DNA from: Bacillota bacterium
GTDB lineage: Bacteria > Bacillota > Sulfobacillia > Sulfobacillales > Sulfobacillaceae
Assembly (NCBI GenBank): GCA_021799435.1
Contig: JAJZAN010000003.1
Location: forward strand, 15,253-79,252
Direction of reading: 5' to 3'
DNA length: 64,000 bases
Positions 59,764 through 64,000 of the stretch are shown piece after piece. Numbering within the stretch: position 1 is the first letter of the stretch; each line of letters opens with the position of its first letter. The position numbers and the translations under genes were made by a program. The notes under the pieces were generated by a model, which made no database searches, was not told the origin of the DNA, and worked only from the letters and a program-made list of their open reading frames with translations.

Positions 59764-59929
59764 GATTTAGCCTCCTTGCGACAATAACTACCGATACCAT
59801 TTCGCGATTTCACACCCGTTTCCTTCTGGGACCCTCATCCCTAAGTCGCATGGTCAGGACGAAACAATTGGGCGGAACATTCTGCTGTGAGGAGATGATT
59901 AGCCCCATACAACAATACGTGTGGGGTGT

Positions 59930-60406
59930 TCAGTCCATGTTTCCCTCGACCCGCCTAGGCTCCTCCCGAGCCCGCCGCAACAAACCCCAAATCAGCCAAA
60001 TGACCCCCACGCGCAGAGACACATCCGCGACGTTAAACACCCCGGGATAGACAGCAACGGTAATGAAATCCGTGACTCGGTGCCAAATCAACCGGCTTAG
60101 CACGTTCCCTAAGGCGCCGCCCGCCATGAGCGCCAGCGGCATGGAGAGTGTGGGGCTCCTCCAGGCCCAAATCGTAAGCCAGCCAACCCCGACCACCCCA
60201 ATGGCGGTGACCAGCCACGGTACCCGAGCGCCCATACCCAGCATAGCCCCCGTGTTGTACAGCAGGTGAAGTCCCACCCAACGCCCTAGCACCGGACTGG
60301 TACGCCCGAGGACCAGGGAATGGCGGGCCCAATAGGCCGTCAGCAGATCTAGGACTGCGACAAATCCAATCCCAAGCATTGTGCGTATGCCATTCTTCGC
60401 CATCAC
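59930..60406 (-). CDS. lspA: lipoprotein signal peptidase II
   Basis: LLYNTGAMLGM (NxGAAFG-like) and FNVADVSLRVGVIWLI (FNxAD). 4-nt overlap with the MFS stop. Confidence 0.88.
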   Translation of the reverse strand: MMAKNGIRTMLGIGFVAVLDLLTAYWARHSLVLGRTSPVLGRWVGLHLLYNTGAMLGMGARVPWLVTAIGVVGVGWLTIWAWRSPTLSMPLALMAGGALGNVLSRLIWHRVTDFITVAVYPGVFNVADVSLRVGVIWLIWGLLRRAREEPRRVEGNMD

Positions 60407-61767
60407 GCTGTCCTCCCTCCAGACACCCTTTGCCGCGTGGGCACACCTATCGCCAGAATCAAGCTCACAAAACTGGCCGCCACCATGCCGCCATAGAGAA
60501 TCGTCAGGTGGCCCGAGCCTCGAAAAGCCCAGGCGATGATCACGGACGAAGCCATCGTTCCCACGTAGCGCATCAAACTGTACAATCCCGAGGCACTGCC
60601 CGACTCCCCCGGCAGGCGCATTTCCAATACCAATTGCTGGAGCACCACGTTGCTAATGGCAAAGCTCAGCCCCATGAGCGCCAGAGCCAGCCCGACCAGC
60701 ACCAGGGAATGCGTGTTGGTCAGCCAGAGGAGCGTTCCCGCCACGACGAGCGCCAATGCCGATCCCGCGTACGGAATTCGGCGCAGCGGACCTCGAGCCA
60801 TCCGCCCGCCTATAGGCGAGGCCAGCGCCAGCATTCCCGCAAAGATCAGCAGCATCAACCCGCTCGCACTGACCGACAGGTGGCGGCGCGTTTCCAGCAG
60901 CACCGGCACGCCATAAAGGGCCAAATACATAACCAGATTGGTGAGAATCGTAATGAGGGCCACGACGGAAAACCGTCCATCGCGAAACCATTCAATCGGA
61001 ATCACTGGTTGTCCTTGCTGCCTCTCCCATACAATGAGTGCTGCGAGCATCGCCAATCCCCCCAAGAGCAGAACCCAGGTTCCGGAACTCGACGTGCTGA
61101 ACAGAAGCAAAAAGACCATGGCCGCGGCAAACAGGAGACTTCCGCCCCAGTCTCCTGTCCCCCGGGAACTGGCCCGACGTCCGACGGCATCGTCTGTCGG
61201 CGCACTCACCAGCATCAAAACACCGGCCGCCAAGGCAATCGGGATGTTCAGCCAAAAAACCGCCTTCCACCCGAACTGGTCGATGAGCAGACCACCCAAG
61301 GCAGGCCCCACGGCTAACGCCATGCCGGCTGCCATTCCAATCCACCCCAGAATAGTGGGCAATTGCTGAGCTCGCCAACGTCGCACCAGGCCAATCGCAT
61401 TGGGATAGACCATCGAGGTGCCCACCGCCTGGACTACCCGCCATCCCACGAACACCCACAAGTCCCGCGACAACGGCGCCAAGAAGGCTGTCAGGAGCAC
61501 TAACATAAACCCCACCAGGACAAAGCGCCGGTATCCCAGTCTGTCCCCCAAGCTTCCCATGATGGGCTGGGCAACAGCACTCCCCAAGTAGTATCCGGAC
61601 ACTATCCAGGTAATCCCGGCTGATGTCGCGTGCAACGCCGCTAACAGCACTGTCAGTCCCACCGAAATGGTGGCAGAATTGAGCGGATTCAAAACCACCG
61701 ACAACAAAACTGCGGGGACAAAGCCCCGCCCGACATCGCGTCCCGTCTCATTTATCGTGGTGCTCAT
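60403..61767 (-). CDS. MFS transporter (drug:H+ antiporter-like, about 14 TM)
   Basis: GSLGDRLGYRR (motif A-like) and many TM helices. Confidence 0.88.
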   Translation of the reverse strand: MSTTINETGRDVGRGFVPAVLLSVVLNPLNSATISVGLTVLLAALHATSAGITWIVSGYYLGSAVAQPIMGSLGDRLGYRRFVLVGFMLVLLTAFLAPLSRDLWVFVGWRVVQAVGTSMVYPNAIGLVRRWRAQQLPTILGWIGMAAGMALAVGPALGGLLIDQFGWKAVFWLNIPIALAAGVLMLVSAPTDDAVGRRASSRGTGDWGGSLLFAAAMVFLLLFSTSSSGTWVLLLGGLAMLAALIVWERQQGQPVIPIEWFRDGRFSVVALITILTNLVMYLALYGVPVLLETRRHLSVSASGLMLLIFAGMLALASPIGGRMARGPLRRIPYAGSALALVVAGTLLWLTNTHSLVLVGLALALMGLSFAISNVVLQQLVLEMRLPGESGSASGLYSLMRYVGTMASSVIIAWAFRGSGHLTILYGGMVAASFVSLILAIGVPTRQRVSGGRTA

Positions 61768-61805
61768 GTCATGTCTCGCATCCCTTGTCCTCGTGATGCC
61801 CTTGA

Positions 61806-62261
61806 CTAACGGCGCAGGGTCGCGACCAACCGTTTGGGATTCAAGAGAAGCGCCAATGCGTCCTCTATCCGCCCCGTCACCACATCCGCCGCACTCATCG
61901 ACTCCCAGGCCGCGCCTTCACCGCCCATGACCGCTATCGCCAGGTCCGCCATTTGGAACATGGGGCGATCGTTGGCTCCATTCCCAATCGCACACACCCC
62001 GGCTCCAAGCGACGCCACCAGCTTTTCCTTGTCTTGTCCATTTTGCACTATCTCACGCCTTACCCCCCACTGCTCCGCATAACGAGAGGCGGTGCCAAAA
62101 GTGTCGGCCGTTGCCACAATGACGTGGTATTGTTGGGAAACCTTGTGGATTAGCTGTTCGGTCGCAGCACTTACCATGCCATCGAGCGCCAACGTTCCAT
62201 TGAAGTCCAACACCACGTGCTCGATGACCAGCCGTCCTCGACCGGGAATCTCCACCTCCAT
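61806..62261 (-). CDS. HAD-superfamily hydrolase (soluble P-type-ATPase-like, COG4087-type)
   Basis: VVLDFNGTLALDG and IGNGANDRPMFQMADLAIAV. Confidence 0.75.
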   Translation of the reverse strand: MEVEIPGRGRLVIEHVVLDFNGTLALDGMVSAATEQLIHKVSQQYHVIVATADTFGTASRYAEQWGVRREIVQNGQDKEKLVASLGAGVCAIGNGANDRPMFQMADLAIAVMGGEGAAWESMSAADVVTGRIEDALALLLNPKRLVATLRR

Positions 62262-62290
62262 GAAGTCTCGCCTCCTTAAGGGATAATCGG

Positions 62291-62737
62291 TTAGGGTTCG
62301 CCATCCTCCAGCACCTTCAAGAGCTGACGAATCTCCCCGGAAATCCTTCGCAGTTCCTCTTTATGCGCCACACTTAACGCTTCCAAGATTGCTTCACCTT
62401 GTGCGGTGAGATAGATCTGCGTCACGCGGTGGTCGTCCGACGAGGGTCGGCGGGACACCAGTCCCAAGGACACGGCCCGGTTGACCAGCCCCACCACGCT
62501 GTGATTCTTTAACTGCAGAAAGTCACTCAATTCACCAATCGTCGCCCACTCGCGATCCGGCATACCGCGAACAGCCAGGAGCAGTTGATGCTGCTGTGGC
62601 GTCAATCCTTGGCGCCTCGCTTGGGCTTCGCTGAAATGCACAAACGCCCGCAGTCGGCGCCGGAATTGGGCCAAGGTCTGATAGTCCCGACTGGTAAGTT
62701 CCCCGCCCGTCCTCCTCCACACAGGGGCCATGACCAT
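62291..62737 (-). CDS. MarR-family transcriptional regulator
   Basis: LTPQQHQLLLAV...IGELSDFLQLKNHSVVGLVNRAVSLGLVSR...D.R...IYLT..G. Confidence 0.88.
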   Translation of the reverse strand: MVMAPVWRRTGGELTSRDYQTLAQFRRRLRAFVHFSEAQARRQGLTPQQHQLLLAVRGMPDREWATIGELSDFLQLKNHSVVGLVNRAVSLGLVSRRPSSDDHRVTQIYLTAQGEAILEALSVAHKEELRRISGEIRQLLKVLEDGEP

Positions 62738-62853
62738 CGATCCTTCCTCATCTCACTTCGTCCATTATACCGCGGGTGTGTTTCGCCTCCAGGACGAGCA
62801 ATGCCACCGCTGTGCGAATCTTATAGCAAACCATGCGAAGGGAGGAACACACG

Positions 62854-63192
62854 ATGCCTGAAACAGTGCAACAATCGGAACCCGAACAGGAGCATAACGT
62901 CCAGGCGGTTCCCACCGGGCCGCCGCGGCGACGCCATCGCCTAGCGCGATGCCTGGGAGCGCTGGTTGGTTTGCTGATCATGCTGATCATCTTGGCCGCG
63001 GTGGGCCTCCCCCAACTAGCGCTTGATAACCAGGCGTTGGGCCATGTGTCGGATCAGATTAATCGGGCCCAACGCCAACAGACCCAAATTCACGCACAGG
63101 TCGCGGCAACCTTGGCCTCCATACAGGGCCTCCTGCACACCATTTCCGCGGAGCTGCAAATACGTATTCAAACCGTGAGCCACGCTGTGTAA
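62854..63192 (+). CDS. hypothetical single-pass membrane protein with coiled-coil ectodomain
   Basis: ATG 62854 has GGGAGGA 7 nt upstream. TM segment LGALVGLLIMLIILAAVGL, then a Gln-rich helix. Confidence 0.5.
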   Translation: MPETVQQSEPEQEHNVQAVPTGPPRRRHRLARCLGALVGLLIMLIILAAVGLPQLALDNQALGHVSDQINRAQRQQTQIHAQVAATLASIQGLLHTISAELQIRIQTVSHAV

Positions 63193-63194
63193 GC

Positions 63195-63220
63195 TTGGGG
63201 CGCCGAGAGCGGCGCCCCAA
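63195..63220. terminator. bidirectional terminator hairpin
   Basis: TTGGGGCGCC-gagagc-GGCGCCCCAA between convergent genes, followed by TGCTGTTT on the plus strand. Confidence 0.7.
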
Positions 63221-63226
63221 TGCTGT

Positions 63227-64000
63227 TTAGTGGCTTGACGTATGGTCATCCACATGCTGAACGTGACGATAGTTGGCCAGAATAAATGCGGCCGACAGCA
63301 GCACGAAACCCGATCCCACAAGAAAAGGAATATGTGGGTTAAACAACGAGGCCAGCTTGCCTGCTGTGTAGGGAGCTACGGCGCCGCCCAAGAAGCGCAG
63401 GAAGCTGTATGCCGCGGATGCCGTGGAGCGCTCCACCGGTGCGGCATTCATCACCGCCGTGGTAATCAGCGTGTTGTTGTTGCCCAGCACCCCGCCCGCG
63501 ACGATGACAGCCCCAATCATGGTCCATTGCACGTGCGTCCATATTCCCATCACCACTAGCAATAGGGCGAACAGCGTCAACATGAGCGCCATGGCCTTAA
63601 TGGTTCCCATAGTCTCATGCAGTCTCGGCGCCATGAAAACCGAGGTAATGGCTAAAAATACCCCCCAGCCCAAAAATACAAAACCCAGTCCGTGCACCTT
63701 CAATCCCAACACAAAGGGGGCATACGCCAACAAGCTGAAGAACCCAAAGTTATACAACGCCGCTGTCACGCCAAAAACCACCAGCGGTCGGTGTTTTAGG
63801 GCACGAAACGGATCGCCGAGGGAGGTCATCTTTTTGGGAGTCCCGCTCGTCAGCTTGGATGCGCTCGGCATAAGCACCATAAGGGCTGTAAAGGCCACCA
63901 CCATCAACGTCGCCACGCCCAAGAATGGGCCCCGCCAGGAAATGCCTCCCAACCAGCCGCCCAGCAGCGGTCCCACCGAAATCCCGAGACCGATGGCAGC
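63227..64000 (-). CDS. MFS transporter, N-terminus beyond window edge
   Basis: The frame stays open to base 64000 (upstream residues AAIGLGISVGPLLGGW). Multiple TM helices. Confidence 0.85.
   Translation of the reverse strand, partial: AAIGLGISVGPLLGGWLGGISWRGPFLGVATLMVVAFTALMVLMPSASKLTSGTPKKMTSLGDPFRALKHRPLVVFGVTAALYNFGFFSLLAYAPFVLGLKVHGLGFVFLGWGVFLAITSVFMAPRLHETMGTIKAMALMLTLFALLLVVMGIWTHVQWTMIGAVIVAGGVLGNNNTLITTAVMNAAPVERSTASAAYSFLRFLGGAVAPYTAGKLASLFNPHIPFLVGSGFVLLSAAFILANYRHVQHVDDHTSSH

Noticed and set aside
60379-61317. 312-aa plus-strand ORF
   Set aside because: It is antisense to the MFS transporter, with an extremely Arg/His/Gln-rich product.

Overview
This is a 64-kb chromosomal segment of a moderately high-GC, probably spore-forming Bacillota genome. 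The GroEL and Pur proteins look Sulfobacillus- or Clostridia-like, but that taxon guess is low confidence. No search tools were available, so all family names come from motifs I recognise in the translations.

About 75 genes are present, most on the minus strand and many translationally coupled by 1-, 4- or 8-nt overlaps. Most of the window is conserved core whose gene order parallels Bacillus subtilis:
- guaA and hpt upstream of a purB-C-S-Q-L-F-M operon
- moaC/mog next to CIRCE-controlled groES-groEL
- murA, guaB and murC
- thiL-tsaE-tsaB-rimI-tsaD
- acpS-nnr-alr-mazEF

I saw no rRNA, tRNA, CRISPR array, transposase or integrase.

The most unusual locus is 33.4-37.3 kb. Two diverged paralogous genes encode ~187-aa Cys/Thr-rich proteins with no signal peptide, and I cannot assign them to a family. 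Each is preceded by the same GGAACCTTTTGG-N9-CATATnnTA element, which resembles a mother-cell sigmaK-type promoter. They flank a secreted CAP-domain protein and an orphan ORF, and sit next to a small GT-A-like glycosyltransferase. I interpret the locus as a candidate undescribed spore-surface (coat, exosporium or appendage) glycoprotein module.

Secondary points of interest:
- a tightly overlapped rubrerythrin / CCG Fe-S protein / DUF3501 / Fur(PerR)-like / family-4 UDG / threonine dehydratase operon with a PerR-box-like operator
- a DUF763 protein carrying a helix-hairpin-helix motif, divergent from an Mpg-type DNA glycosylase
- a MoxR / DUF58 / DUF4129 triad
- an apparent 1-nt frameshift at the start of a cytochrome c lipoprotein gene
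- lspA embedded in a MarR-HAD-MFS operon
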